A DNA stretch of 63,536 bases, counting the filler, from Octopus bimaculoides (Eukaryota), in NCBI RefSeq assembly GCF_001194135.2. It is 9 parts of 8 records of this genome, joined end to end, with 100 filler letters (N's around TTAATTAATTAA, not from the genome) between each part and the next. Parts side by side here need not be neighbours in the genome. Positions count along the whole stretch, not along the records: positions 20,562 to 25,330 come from NC_068983.1; positions 25,431 to 28,719 come from NC_068996.1; positions 28,820 to 30,123 come from NC_068983.1; positions 30,224 to 34,571 come from NW_026350662.1; positions 34,672 to 42,174 come from NC_068997.1; 4 more parts are not named here. One strand, given 5' to 3'. Each line of letters begins with the position of its first letter. Within the stretch, counting starts at the first letter, position 1. The notes under the pieces are model-generated. The model was not told the DNA's origin and ran no database searches. It saw only the letters and a list, made by a program, of their open reading frames with translations. Below are positions 24,835 to 36,801 of this stretch, piece after piece. The position numbers and the translations under genes are program-made.

Positions 24835-25189
24835 ATATAGGTAATGAAAACTCGTGTGGATCAGATTTTAAAAGTTAAGGTGAAAGGAAAAGTTTAAAAG
24901 TTTTGTTTTTATTCAAACTCAACAGCAAAATATATTACTCACTTGACAAGACTAACATTATATATAATACATTATTTACATTATATACATTCGAAAAATA
25001 TTTGTCCTCATCTTCTTCAGGTGTCTTGGGGAAATTTCGCCTGGGTTCTCATTCCTAAGGTATTCTTCGATGATGTTGTTGTTATTATTATTATTATTAT
25101 TATTATTGTTCAGATCACTGCTAAGAATCGAACTCGGAATCTTGGAGTTAATAGCCCGCGCTCTTAACCACTACGCCATATGCCTACGG

Positions 25190-25191
25190 GC

Positions 25192-25273
<82 letters not shown>

Positions 25274-25710
25274 CAACAACAACAACAACAACCACAACAA
25301 CAACAACAACAACAACATCATCATCATCATNNNNNNNNNNNNNNNNNNNNNNNNNNNNNNNNNNNNNNNNNNNNTTAATTAATTAANNNNNNNNNNNNNN
25401 NNNNNNNNNNNNNNNNNNNNNNNNNNNNNNTATGTATGTATGTATGTATGTGTGTATGTATGTATGTATGTATGTGTGTGTATGTATGTATGTATGTATG
25501 TATGTATGTATGTATGTATGTATGTATGTATGTATGTACGTATGTATGTATGTATCTATGTATGTATGTATGTGTGTATGTATGTATGTATGTATGTGTG
25601 TGTATGTATGTATGTATGTATGTATGTATGTATGTGTGTATGTATGTATGTATGTGTGTATGTATGTATGTATGTATGTATGTGTATGTATGTATGTATG
25701 TATGTATGTA
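25190..25710. repeat. (AAT)n/(AAC)n and long (TATG)n microsatellites either side of a gap
   Basis: Directly visible. Confidence 0.95.
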
Positions 25711-25917
25711 CCATTAAAAGTCAGGAGGCATGGGAGGTGAATATGTTTATTTAACTACTTGCCATCTTTAGAATAATGGCCGTTCCGCAACCTTCATCGT
25801 GCTATAATAATTTCAGTGTAGCATTACATAATGAAGGCTGCGAAGCGGCAATCATGCTAAGGATGACAAGTGGTAAAATAAATATATTCACCTCTCATAA
25901 CTCCTGACGTTTTATGG
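25711..25917. mobile_element. Fold-back MITE with long imperfect TIRs (~85-90 bp)
   Basis: ccattaaaagtcaggaggcatgggaggtgaatatgtttattt vs rc ccataaaacgtcaggagttatgagaggtgaatatatttattt. Confidence 0.8.
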
Positions 25918-26083
25918 CTTATATACTCCTCTACAAATAATCTCATCGATTAAATCTGGATTTCAGCTGCATAGGCGCACTGCATTATACTCCTCCATAT
26001 TGGATTACTATGAGATCTGTTAGCCATATCCGCTAGAGGAGCTTTCCATGATAACCGCACGATTCTACGAATCCATATATTAC

Positions 26084-26168
<85 letters not shown>

Positions 26169-26197
26169 ACATACATACATACATACATACATACATA

Positions 26198-26820
26198 GCA
26201 AAGATTGTTTACAATGCTATCCGCAAGAACGACTGCCTTGATCTATACATCCATGGCATGTCAGAACCAACAGGTATCTACACCTTTAGAAACAAGGAAT
26301 ATTGGTGGAACATCCTAATAGGAAAAACTTCAATTCGGTACAAACATAACAAATCGTTGTTCCGTGGGACAGGGAACAAGTCAATCGAAAGTCCAGAAAA
26401 AAAAGAGAACATTTATGGCGAATTAATGCGGAATTTGCAGCTCTTGTATGCAGACTATGAATTCTCATTTTTACCTATCATCATAAATGCATTAGGTTAT
26501 GTATCAACAAATTTCCACAAAATCCTAGAAGTAGTCGGTTTCATGGAAAAAGAGCAAAAGAAACTGACGCGGATTCTCAACATCCAATCTAGTAGTAACA
26601 TAGTGAAGATTTGTAAGAAATTCCAAAGATTCTCCATTTGAGATTCTTTAGGTGAATAGATGCAGATACTTGGGTGTGTACATCGACAGCTCAACCAACA
26701 CACCAACTCAACCACATATATACAAACACCGAGAACTCTCTCAACTCAAAAAGTTTTGTTGCTTTGTTACCAACAGGCTTGAACTCTCCCAAGAACTTAA
26801 ATTAAACTCTAAGTAAAAAC
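26198..26820 (+). mobile_element. 3' end of an R4/Dong-type non-LTR element (REL endonuclease C-terminus)
   Basis: KEYWWNI..KTSIRYKHNK...EKKENIYGELMRNLQLLY..YEFSFLPIIINALGY; the PD-(D/E) core is damaged by deletion and frameshift. Confidence 0.7.
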
Positions 26821-26929
26821 ATACATGCATGTATATATGTACTAGTTTAAAAGCCATCCTATCGGGCAGCTTTTAAACTAGTATATAGCTTTTAAGCTAC
26901 TGACCCCGAATGGGAAGATCTGCAGACAG

Positions 26930-27506
26930 ATCTCAGACTTGTTTTGGAGAATTTGTTGCAATTGCTTCCCCAAGTGCCACATCCCAATAATGATCATATT
27001 CGTTGCAAACAATCATGTAAAAAAAATCGCCGAAAATAATCGCGGGATTTCGCAGTTAATTTCGATTATTCCCAAAATTTATTTCCAAGTTATAAAAATT
27101 GTTATCGTACAAAAAAATTCGCCGCAAAAAGTCTCGAAAAAAACTGCCGAAAATAATCGCAGTCATGAAAACTCGGAAATCCAAAATTTCAGGATCGCGA
27201 GTCCGGGTTTGGCCAGGAATGTTTTTAATTTACTCACAGAGTCGACCTTTAGATTATAAAAATTCTTATTGTACAAAACAATTCGTTGCAAAAAGTCATG
27301 TAAAAAAATCACCGAAAACAATCGCAGTAATGAAAACTTAGGAATCCAAAATTTCAGGATTGTGAGTCCAGATTTAATCTGGAATGTTTTTAATTTACTC
27401 ACGGAGTCAGCCTGATTCCAAAATAGTATGATATGTTGGGCTACGGCCTCTAGGAGTAAAGTTGAAAAAGTGTGATTCACTGACATTCGCATTTATTATA
27501 TAAGAT
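26930..27506 (+). mobile_element. Helitron-like non-autonomous element with ~165-bp internal tandem repeats
   Basis: Repeated gcaaaaagtc..aaaaaa..ccgaaaa.aatcgcag...tccaaaatttcaggat..ggaatgtttttaatttactcac; 3' end cattcgcatttattatataagat. Confidence 0.55.
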
Positions 27507-28819
27507 ATCGGAAGAAAGAGAGAGGGAAAGAAGGGGATGAGAGTATAAATAAGCTTGAGAAAAATCAGTTAATTGAAATTACAAATTATAGTCCAAATAG
27601 GTTAATTAAAGGGAATGAAAAGGAGTTATCTCCCTTATGAAAATTTTGAGGTTAAAATCTAAAATGGGAATTAATGAAATATTTGAAAGAACATATTATA
27701 TTTAAGAAATACGTCACAGACTGGTGAATATTTTTGTTTACAAACGAAGAAAAATCTACACACTGCGTAAAATAGAATTCGTGCGTTTTATTGGAAGTTA
27801 ACGCTGATTGAAATGTTGAGTTTTACGTTGCTGATTATTGGAGTAGGGAAGCAGCGTAACAATATATAAGAAAGATACCTCATATGTTCTATTAATGACA
27901 ATTATGTGTGACGTATTTTCTAACAGCTTTTTCAGGAACCAACAAATGTTAAATTTCGACGAGGAATTATTTGTTTATAATATAAAACTCTGTAAATTAT
28001 TTCTTTGTCTTTTCCCTCTCCCATTATACTCCACCCCCACACACTTTTGATGTAAAAGTAAGAGGTATTGTAAGAGATAAAGAGGTAAAATAGAGTAAGG
28101 TAATTTGAAGAAGTTAAATAAATACAGAAATAATACAGGATATTTGTGGACAGTTAAGTTGTTAAAAAAGAATACATACAAAAGCACCATTCAATGAATA
28201 TTTTCCATCTGTGCGTATATGTATGTATGTATGCATGTATGTATGTATTTATGTATGTATGTATGGATGGATGGATGGATGGATGGATGGATGAATGAAT
28301 GAATGAATGCATGTATGTATATATAAGTGCCGAATCCTCTGTGTGTTAACATGGGCTTCTTAACGACAATGTAAACTTCATCTAACAAAGATACTCTTAG
28401 CCTGAAGAGTAACCTATTGTATGCACCTTGCTTGGATAGTTACCACTTCCAAGGTTCAGCTCACTATGAAACATATGTAGCCCAAATCTTATCTACTCCA
28501 TTCCTTAACACTTGTATTCTTTTTCGCATACTTGGGAACCTTGCCTGCCTATCGTGAAATATAAAATAGTTTTTTTCAGCTTATTGTACAGAAATAATTC
28601 AAAACCTTCCACCCCAATAAACTACTATTGTTCCTGAAAGTTGTTTTTATATTTTCTACGGATTGCTTGAAGCTCACTTTCTTCCTACACCTCGATCCTT
28701 GAATCTTACCTGTATATATNNNNNNNNNNNNNNNNNNNNNNNNNNNNNNNNNNNNNNNNNNNNTTAATTAATTAANNNNNNNNNNNNNNNNNNNNNNNNN
28801 NNNNNNNNNNNNNNNNNNN

Positions 28820-28874
<55 letters not shown>

Positions 28875-29189
28875 GAGAGAGAGAGAGGGGTAGGTAGGTA
28901 CATATGTAAGCACATACACGCACGCATATACATACGAATGTATGTATTTGTGTGTCTGTATGTCACCCCACCATCGCCTGATAACTAATGTTCATGCGAT
29001 TATGCCCCTGTAACTTGGCGGTTCGAAATAAAAACACAAGCACTATTTATTTGATGTTCACTATTTGTTTTTCAGAGTTTTGTTCGACCAGAGTTCTTTC
29101 GTTACAATTCAGTGGCCTTAGACGTGGTTCTTTACTTATTTTTTTCTTTCTTGTGTCTGCCCTTTTTAATCATCTGCCATGTTGTATTC

Positions 29190-30123
29190 AACAGAAATTC
29201 AAAATCTTATGGGAAACTTCGTAAATCTTGTAAGGGAACTTGCTGAATAATGCAGTGCAGAAGTAAGTCAGTGGTTTAAGTGTCGGAACAACTTCCTCTC
29301 TGATACAATTCAAAATGAAATTTTAGAGGCATATGCTCATAACATTTTACATGAGATCAAAATAAAAGTAGAAAATTCCACATTTATTGGCATTTTATGT
29401 GATGGTACCACTAATTGCTCTGGCATGGAACAAGTATCAATCACTGTCCGGTACGTTTCTGAAGACCTGAATGTCAATGAGGATCTTCTAGGTTTTTATT
29501 ATCCCCCTGACTGCTCTTCGAAGACACTGACTAAGATTATTCTAGATGTTTTTTGTCACCTAAACGTTTTACTTGGCTCAAAGTTATGCTGTGTTTCATT
29601 TGATGGTGCAAGTACCATGAGTGGAAACATTTCAGGTGTACAAATGCGATTGAAAAATTTGTTCCCAGGTACATATTTTGTACACTGTGGAAACCACTCT
29701 CTAGACCTTGTCCTCCAAGAAGTTAGTTCTAAGGTTACCTTTGTAGCTGATGCACTGAACTTTGTTCATCAATGCGCAAGTCTTGTAAAAGAGTTACCAA
29801 AAAGAAAAGCACAATGGACAAATCTTTGTGGTGAGAATGTCATCATGTTGCAAGCATTGTGTCCAACTCGGTGGTGCATTAGAGAAACAGCACTGAAACA
29901 AGCAGAAAACAATTATAAGAATATTCAAAATTTTTTGCTTGAGCTTCTTAATGACTCGTCGTTATGAGCAACAACAAAAGCTACTGTTAAAGGGCTGCTA
30001 GAACAATCTGGCAAGCTTCCATTTTATTCGGCATTAAAATCGCTGGGGATATATTTGGGGTATGTGATCCAGTGGCAGGTAGCTTACAGCGTCCAGGCAT
30101 GACAGACGGTGATTGCTTGAAAT
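29190..30123 (+). mobile_element. hAT transposase remnant (ZMYM1-like/DUF4371 type)
   Basis: IQNEIL...CDGTT..EQVSITVRYV...EDLLGF...SFDGASTMSG..SGVQ...HCGNHSLDL...LCPTRW; stops near 29240 and at 29967; cut by a gap. Confidence 0.9.
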
Positions 30124-30223
30124 NNNNNNNNNNNNNNNNNNNNNNNNNNNNNNNNNNNNNNNNNNNNTTAATTAATTAANNNNNNNNNNNNNNNNNNNNN
30201 NNNNNNNNNNNNNNNNNNNNNNN

Positions 30224-30270
<47 letters not shown>

Positions 30271-30501
30271 GTAAATATGTGTGTATATATACGTATATAT
30301 ATATATATATATATACATGTATATATATGTATATGTATATGTATATATGCATGTACATATATGTACATATATATATGTGTATATATATATGTATATGTAT
30401 ATATATATATGTAGGCATGTACATATATGTATGTATATATGCATATACTTATATATTACTTTTATTATTATATGATCGAACGTCACGCATCCATTTCGAT
30501 G

Positions 30502-30533
<32 letters not shown>

Positions 30534-31140
30534 TGTATATATATATATATATATATATATNNNNNNNNNNNNNNNNNNNNNNNNNNNNNNNNNNNNNNNN
30601 NNNNNNNNNNNNNNNNNNNNNNNNNNNNNNNNNNNNNNNNNNNNNNNNNNNNNNNNNNNNNNNNNNNNNNNNNNNNNNNNNNNNNNNNNNNNNNNNNNNN
30701 NNNNNNNNNNNNNNNNNNNNNNNNNNNNNNNNNNNNNNNNNNNNNNNNNNNNNNNNNNNNNNNNNNNNNNNNNNNNNNNNNNNNNNNNNNNNNNNNNNNN
30801 NNNNNNNNNNNNNNNNNNNNNNNNNNNNNNNNNNNNNNNNNNNNNNNNNNNNNNNNNNNNNNNNNNNNNNNNNNNNNNNNNNNNNNNNNNNNNNNNNNNN
30901 NNNNNNNNNNNNNNNNNNNNNNNNNNNNNNNNNNNNNNNNNNNNNNNNNNNNNNNNNNNNNNNNNNNNNNNNNNNNNNNNNNNNNNNNNNNNNNNNNNNN
31001 NNNNNTATATATATATACATATATGTTTATATATATATATATGTATATGTGTATATATATGTATATATGTGTGTGTATATATATATATGTGTGTGTGTGT
31101 GTATATATATGTATATATATACATATGTGTGTGTGTGTAT

Positions 31141-31543
31141 AGGCGCAGGTGTGGCTGTGTGGAAAGAAGCTCGCTGCCCAAACACATGGTTCCAGGTTCA
31201 GTTCCACTGTGTGACACCATCAGAAAATGTCTTCTACTATAGCCTCGGACCGACGGAAGCCTTGTGAATGGACTTGGTAGACGGAAACTGAAAGAAGCCC
31301 GTCGTATATATGTATATATGTATGTATTTGAGTTTGTGTGTCTGTGTTTATCCCCCCCAACATCGCTTGACAACAGATGCTGGTGTGTTTACGTCTCTGT
31401 AACTTAGCGGTTCGGCAAAAGAGAACCGATAGAACAAGTACTAGGCTTATAAAGAACAAGTCCTGGGGTCGATTTTCTCGACTAAAGGCTGTGCTCCAGC
31501 ATGACCGCAGTCAAATGACTGAAACAAGTAAAAGAGTAAAAGA
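31141..31543 (+). mobile_element. Full-length tRNA-derived SINE, family A (CORE-like, internal TA/TG microsatellite)
   Basis: A box tggctgtgtgga and B box ggttcagttcc; central microsatellite; gtaaaaga tail; at least 8 partial or full copies in the window. Confidence 0.9.
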
Positions 31544-31639
31544 CTAATCCGGAGACGCCTTGGAAAAGAAATATTCCGGAAAACCCATGTTGTACCCGTA
31601 TATACATACGTGTGTGTGTGTGAGAGTGTTTGTGTGTGT

Positions 31640-31680
<41 letters not shown>

Positions 31681-31759
31681 TGTGTGCGTGACTCAAGGTC
31701 CGAGAGTTTCGTGTGTTGGCATTTTGAATTCTATGTTTCCTGTTTGCACCGACATACCT

Positions 31760-31955
31760 ATAAGTTTGTTGTTGCTTGTTCCTTCTCGAGCCCTCATAAG
31801 GGTCGGCTTTCCCGGTTTCATTGGCATATTAGGTTCCCCCAACCTGGATGGGACGCCGGTCCGTCACAGGTGAGCTGCTAGATGCAGGAGGAAAGAATTT
31901 AAAAAAAGTTTGTGGCGAAAGAGTCAGCAGAAGTTCATTACCATCTGCCGGAGAT
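31760..31955 (-). mobile_element. SINE fragment sharing the family-B middle segment but with a V-domain-like tail
   Basis: 31895-31955 matches rc of 53160-53235; minus cctgtgacggaccggcgtcccatccagg resembles the V-SINE domain (from recall). Confidence 0.55.
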
Positions 31956-32110
31956 TTTGTGGACACTCTGTATATACATGTATGTATATACGTGTGTATG
32001 TATGTATGTGTGTGTGTGTGTGTGCATATGTATGCATGTATGTGTGTATATATATGTATATATGTATATATATATCTGTAAAAAATATGTGACACTTATT
32101 CAGTAGCCAT

Positions 32111-32171
32111 GATAAAACTCCGAGTTTCGGATGCTAGGGTGGGGGTCCACTCCAACATCTCTTCAGTTATC
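32111..32171 (-). ncRNA. Type I hammerhead ribozyme motif with a 13-position helix II
   Basis: Minus strand GAUAA-CUGAAGA-GAUGUUGGAGUGG(ACCC)CCACCCUAGCAUC-C-GAAAC-UCGGA-GUU^UUAUC: 5-bp helix I; 12 of 13 helix II positions pair (including G-U). Confidence 0.7.
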
Positions 32172-32799
32172 CAACTACCGGAAATTCCTTTGAATNNNNN
32201 NNNNNNNNNNNNNNNNNNNNNNNNNNNNNNNNNNNNNNNNNNNNNNNNNNNNNNNNNNNNNNNNNNNNNNNNNNNNNNNNNNNNNNNNNNNNNNNNNNNN
32301 NNNNNNNNNNNNNNNNNNNNNNNNNNNNNNNNNNNNNNNNNNNNNNNNNNNNNNNNNNNNNNNNNNNNNNNNNNNNNNNNNNNNNNNNNNNNNNNNNNNN
32401 NNNNNNNNNNNNNNNNNNNNNNNNNNNNNNNNNNNNNNNNNNNNNNNNNNNNNNNNNNNNNNNNNNNNNNNNNNNNNNNNNNNNNNNNNNNNNNNNNNNN
32501 NNNNNNNNNNNNNNNNNNNNNNNNNNNNNNNNNNNNNNNNNNNNNNNNNATTAAAAGAGTTCCAACTCTGTCTGTTTTTTTATGTTTTATTTATATTCTT
32601 GTAAAATTAATCTGGGATATAGAATATGGAATATATAATATATAATATAAAAATGGATGGTACAATGAAATGAAGTATTGAATGTCTTATTGAATATATG
32701 AAATACTGAGTGTTCAATATAAAGGATTAAATATATGAAGGCGAATACGTATTTTCAATACCTTTTTGGTATTTCATCATGGCCGGTATCTGACAGACT

Positions 32800-32849
<50 letters not shown>

Positions 32850-33449
32850 CTAATACATCCTTTTGTTATTTACACCACCTGTCCTCGTCTGTTGTTTTTT
32901 CGTATATTCTCCCATATATATATATATGTATGTATGTGTGTGTGTGTGTATATATGAATATGTATATTAATGTGTGTATGTAAGCGAAGTGTGTATGTAT
33001 GTTTGTGTGCATGTGTGTACGTATACACCCTTTCAACTGGCTTTGCGCCCCTTTTTCTTTCACCGATGTTAATTTGATACTCTTCAAAATCGAGCGAAAC
33101 AACCAAATTAGACTTCACCTACCCGACATTCTACTCCGCAAGCTACATCGAACCCGTAAACCACACAACCAGAATCGCAAATGCGAACTCCGTCCCAAAC
33201 CAAGCAACCCCCTACAACACCACACCCCCTAATTACACAACATTAATCACTCTTTCTCTAATTACTTCTCCAAAACACGTGACTAACAAAATACATCGCT
33301 GTTGTCGTTCGCTTGCCCTTCCTCCGTAAGTGTTATCAAATTTGTGCCAAGCTAATCGATACGAGATCGATAATTACCCTGATTTCCAATCACTGACGTA
33401 AACTGCAACTGGACATCTTATCTTTCTTGTTTACCCACTATCTATTGTT

Positions 33450-34370
33450 GTTGTTGTTGTTCAGCCCCAGGTAAGTGTTGATCCTGTAGACAGATCTATA
33501 ATCAAAGATGCTATACTTGTAACGAACCTCCTGCTTATTTAGCCATAAAATATCTAAGAGTACATTGTACAATGGCAGCATTTGCTTAGCTCTGCCGTGA
33601 GTCAGTCCCGATCCAGCAGGTCTAAGAGCAAAGACGTTCCAGCTGTGACCATCCTGTCTTTGATTTAGACATAGTGTATCTAGGACTACATTATCTAATG
33701 TGTCCTTTTCCGCTGTTGTTGCTGTTGTTGATGTTGTTGATGTTTAGCCCTAGGTCAGTCCTGATCCAGGCAGACCTATGGTCAAAGATGTTCCAGCAGC
33801 TATGACCATCCTGTCTTTGATTTAGACATAGTGTATCTAGGACTACATTATATAATGTGCCCTTTTCCGCTGTTGTTGCTGTTGTTGATGTTGTTGATGT
33901 TTAGCCCTAGGTCAGTCCTGATCCAGGCAGACCTATGGTCAAAGATGTTCCAGCAGCTATGACCATCCTGTCTTTGATTTAGACATAGTGTATCTAGGAC
34001 TACATTATCTAATGTGACCTTCCTTGCTGTTGTTGTTGTTTAGCCCCAGGTCAGTCCTGATCCAGGCAGACCTATGATCAAAAATGTTCCAACTGTGACC
34101 ATCATGTCTTTTATTCAGACATAGTGTATCTAGGACTACATCATCTAATGTGACCTTCCTTGCTGTTGTTGTTTAGCCCGAGGTCAGTCCTGCTCCAGAC
34201 TGACCTATGATCAAAGATGTTCCAACTGTGACCATCCTGTCTTTTATTCAGACATAGCGTATCTGGGACTACATTATTCATGTGCCCTTTGTTTAATTAC
34301 GACAGCAAGGTGTGATTTCAGAGAGATTTAGGTTGTCATTTCTAGTGGAATGAGTGACTAATTAGAAACC
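33450..34370 (-). repeat. Head-to-tail array of ~6 retroposon 3' tails (135-157 bp units), each ending in (AAC)n
   Basis: Unit tttagccc.aggtcagtcctgatccaggcagacctatg.tcaaagatgttcc...gacatagtgtatctaggactacatta; two adjacent units nearly identical at a 157-bp period. Confidence 0.9.
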
Positions 34371-34451
34371 CCCACATTGGTTCCTGGACAGATGTTGCTG
34401 ATGCTGTTATTGTGGTAGCAGCTATCCTTATTATTCTTCTTGAAGGTGTCA

Positions 34452-34571
34452 AGCTGGCAGAATCGTTAGCACGCCGGGCGAAATGCATCACGCTATTTCG
34501 TCTGCCGTTACGTTCTGAGTTCAAATTCCGCCGAGGTCGGCTCTGCCTTTCATCCGTTCGGGGTCGATTAA
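34452..34571 (+). mobile_element. SINE family C (tRNA head plus Meta-like domain), cut by a gap
   Basis: tggcagaatcgttagcacg...gagttcaaattccgccgaggtcg.ct.tgcctttcatcc.ttcggggtcgat. Confidence 0.8.
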
Positions 34572-36728
34572 NNNNNNNNNNNNNNNNNNNNNNNNNNNNN
34601 NNNNNNNNNNNNNNNTTAATTAATTAANNNNNNNNNNNNNNNNNNNNNNNNNNNNNNNNNNNNNNNNNNNNAACATAGTGGTGATGATAGCAGTGGCTTG
34701 AAGATTGTTTTAGTAAGTTCATCCAGGTTGTTTGTTGTGGAGCCCTTCTTTAGTGAATTACTAATGTCATTCACGCTGAATTCAGCTTTGGAAGGAGTGT
34801 GGTGCAGATTTCTCCTCAAGATACTCTCATTGTCTCTAGTTGCACAATGAGTGAAGAAGCTGCAGTGCTATATGAAATTGCTGAGCATTTTAACATAAAA
34901 AAGTGAAAGAGGGTTTTGATTTGAATATGAGAATTTGAACACGGTCTATTTTTGTATGAAGAATAATAGATGAACCTTCCATCAGTTTTGACAGTGAGTA
35001 TCCCAGTTGATGTTGTTTAACACTGATTGAGTTTGAGTGCAACTATGATTGGAGGCATCCCAGCTTTGACCATGTCTTTTTTTATCAAATATAGTGTGCC
35101 TAAGATATTGGTGTATCTTTCCTTTTGTAGGACGATAGGGTGCAGTTTGGTGAGAGTTTGAGTACTATTTCTGATAGGTTGCAAATTCACGAGGGGTCTT
35201 TCTGGTTAGCTTGCTTTCCAGTTGCCAATTCATTGCTCTACTTGTTCACTGAGTTGCGCCTGTGGCCTTGATGTGGTCCTCAGGTACAGTTGGCATGTCA
35301 AGGCTAATCATTTTGGGAGTAGGAAGCAAGTAATTTAATTTGCATACATTATTTGACTGCGTCTTTGGGAGTCTTTGTATCACTGTTCAAACTGCTGGAG
35401 ATGGTGGTTAAGTCTCCCTCAATCTGCATCTCACCATCTTGTAGAGGAGTGCAGTGAATGGTGTTGTCCATGGTGCATTGTTATTGATCTTTCAGTTGCT
35501 ATGCAGGACCTCCTTTTCTCTCTTGCAGTGAGGAAGGTGGCTTCTGAAACTGCCTTTCCTCATACCAATGTCTGAGGTTCTCATCTCCTGCCACCTTCCT
35601 AGGATGTTGCCCTCACTTTCTGGATGACTGCTTTCATTGGGTATTTTCTGCCAACGAGAGTGGATTCCTTCAGATAGTTTGATCTGGTTTCTCAAACTTC
35701 ACTCACTGTTGTGCTGCAGACATTTTTCATACAGTTGGGACTGACCTTGACATTGTTTCTGAACAATTTGTGGTTGTTTGAGAATTGGGGCTTGTGAAAT
35801 GTACTGAAGAACTGTAGGAAAGTTCAAAAGTTGGAAGAGTGAAACAAAATACCTACAGATTAATATTGCAAGACTACTGGTAATACAGGGTAAAAATCTA
35901 ATAACACTTGAAAAAATGATTTTCTTGATATTTATTTTAAGAGACAACAGTAAGAAATCAGTGTTATGCATCATGTAAAAGTTGTAGCTGAAATGGCAAC
36001 ATTTGTTACTTGAAAAGTATATTTGGTTCAGATTGTTAACTAAAAGTAATAGTGAATTCTGCAAAACAGATTAGGTAATTAGTGCTGGAATCAGTGGTCA
36101 GAAACAAAAACAAAGATGGAAGACAGCATATGTACTAGTCTGGATGCATAATCGAAAACGATGACAACAGTGTCAAGAAATGGCAGTAGATGGATGTAGA
36201 CAGAAGAAGCATAGAAAGGAAGTGATTTGATAAATTATGAGAATGTTAGATTTCACTACACTATTCCAAACATGCCAGCATTAAATAAAATTGATACTAA
36301 ATGATGAAGACTAAGTGAAAAGCATGATGAGCCAGCAGGCAAATCTCTAAAGCAATTGCTAAAGATTTTCAGTTTTAATCAACTGTTTTTATGTCAAATC
36401 CTGAGACTATTCCCAAAACAAAGATGATATTGTTATAGCTAAACACTGGGAGATCGATCATGTTAGATATACTGTATATAGTTACCATGATAGGATTATG
36501 GAACTGACAAAAATAAAGTTGTATCATAAAATTTGTTATGAATGTTTCAGCTTAACTATAACACACTGATGACATACTAATAAATTATTCCACTGATAAA
36601 TCCCACATGAACCAAACTTAAGGAGACAAAAATATGTAAATATATATAATTCATGTGCACATATGAACAAGTAAAACCAGGCAAACTTTTAGAATTTAAA
36701 TGGCAAACACTGCTGCCCAAGTATTTAC

Positions 36729-36801
36729 CTTGAATAATGAAGCGCAAACCATAAGAACGCAGAGGTAGAAAGGCAAAAACAGGTTGTTTTTCTGGGAGTA
36801 C
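36729..36801 (-). CDS. Exon 3 of 3 seen, NO VEIN-like protein: VLPEKQPVFAFLPLRSYGLRFIIQG
   Basis: caactttcag|GTA...CAAG|gtaaat; 73 nt, phase 0-1; QPVFAFLPLRSYGLRFIIQG closely matches the recalled NO VEIN motif QPVFAFLPLRTYGLKFILQGDF. Confidence 0.88.

Noticed and set aside
33450-34300. CRISPR-like periodic array
   Set aside because: Whole units are homologous with no unique spacers, the context is eukaryotic, and no cas genes are present.
35707-35852. Possible further minus-strand exon (ctgtag|...|gtgagt)
   Set aside because: The phase is incompatible with the 36729 donor and there is no recognisable similarity.
36085-36100. WNQW codons, the motif expected next in NO VEIN
   Set aside because: They are on the plus strand, opposite to the gene, with no flanking similarity.
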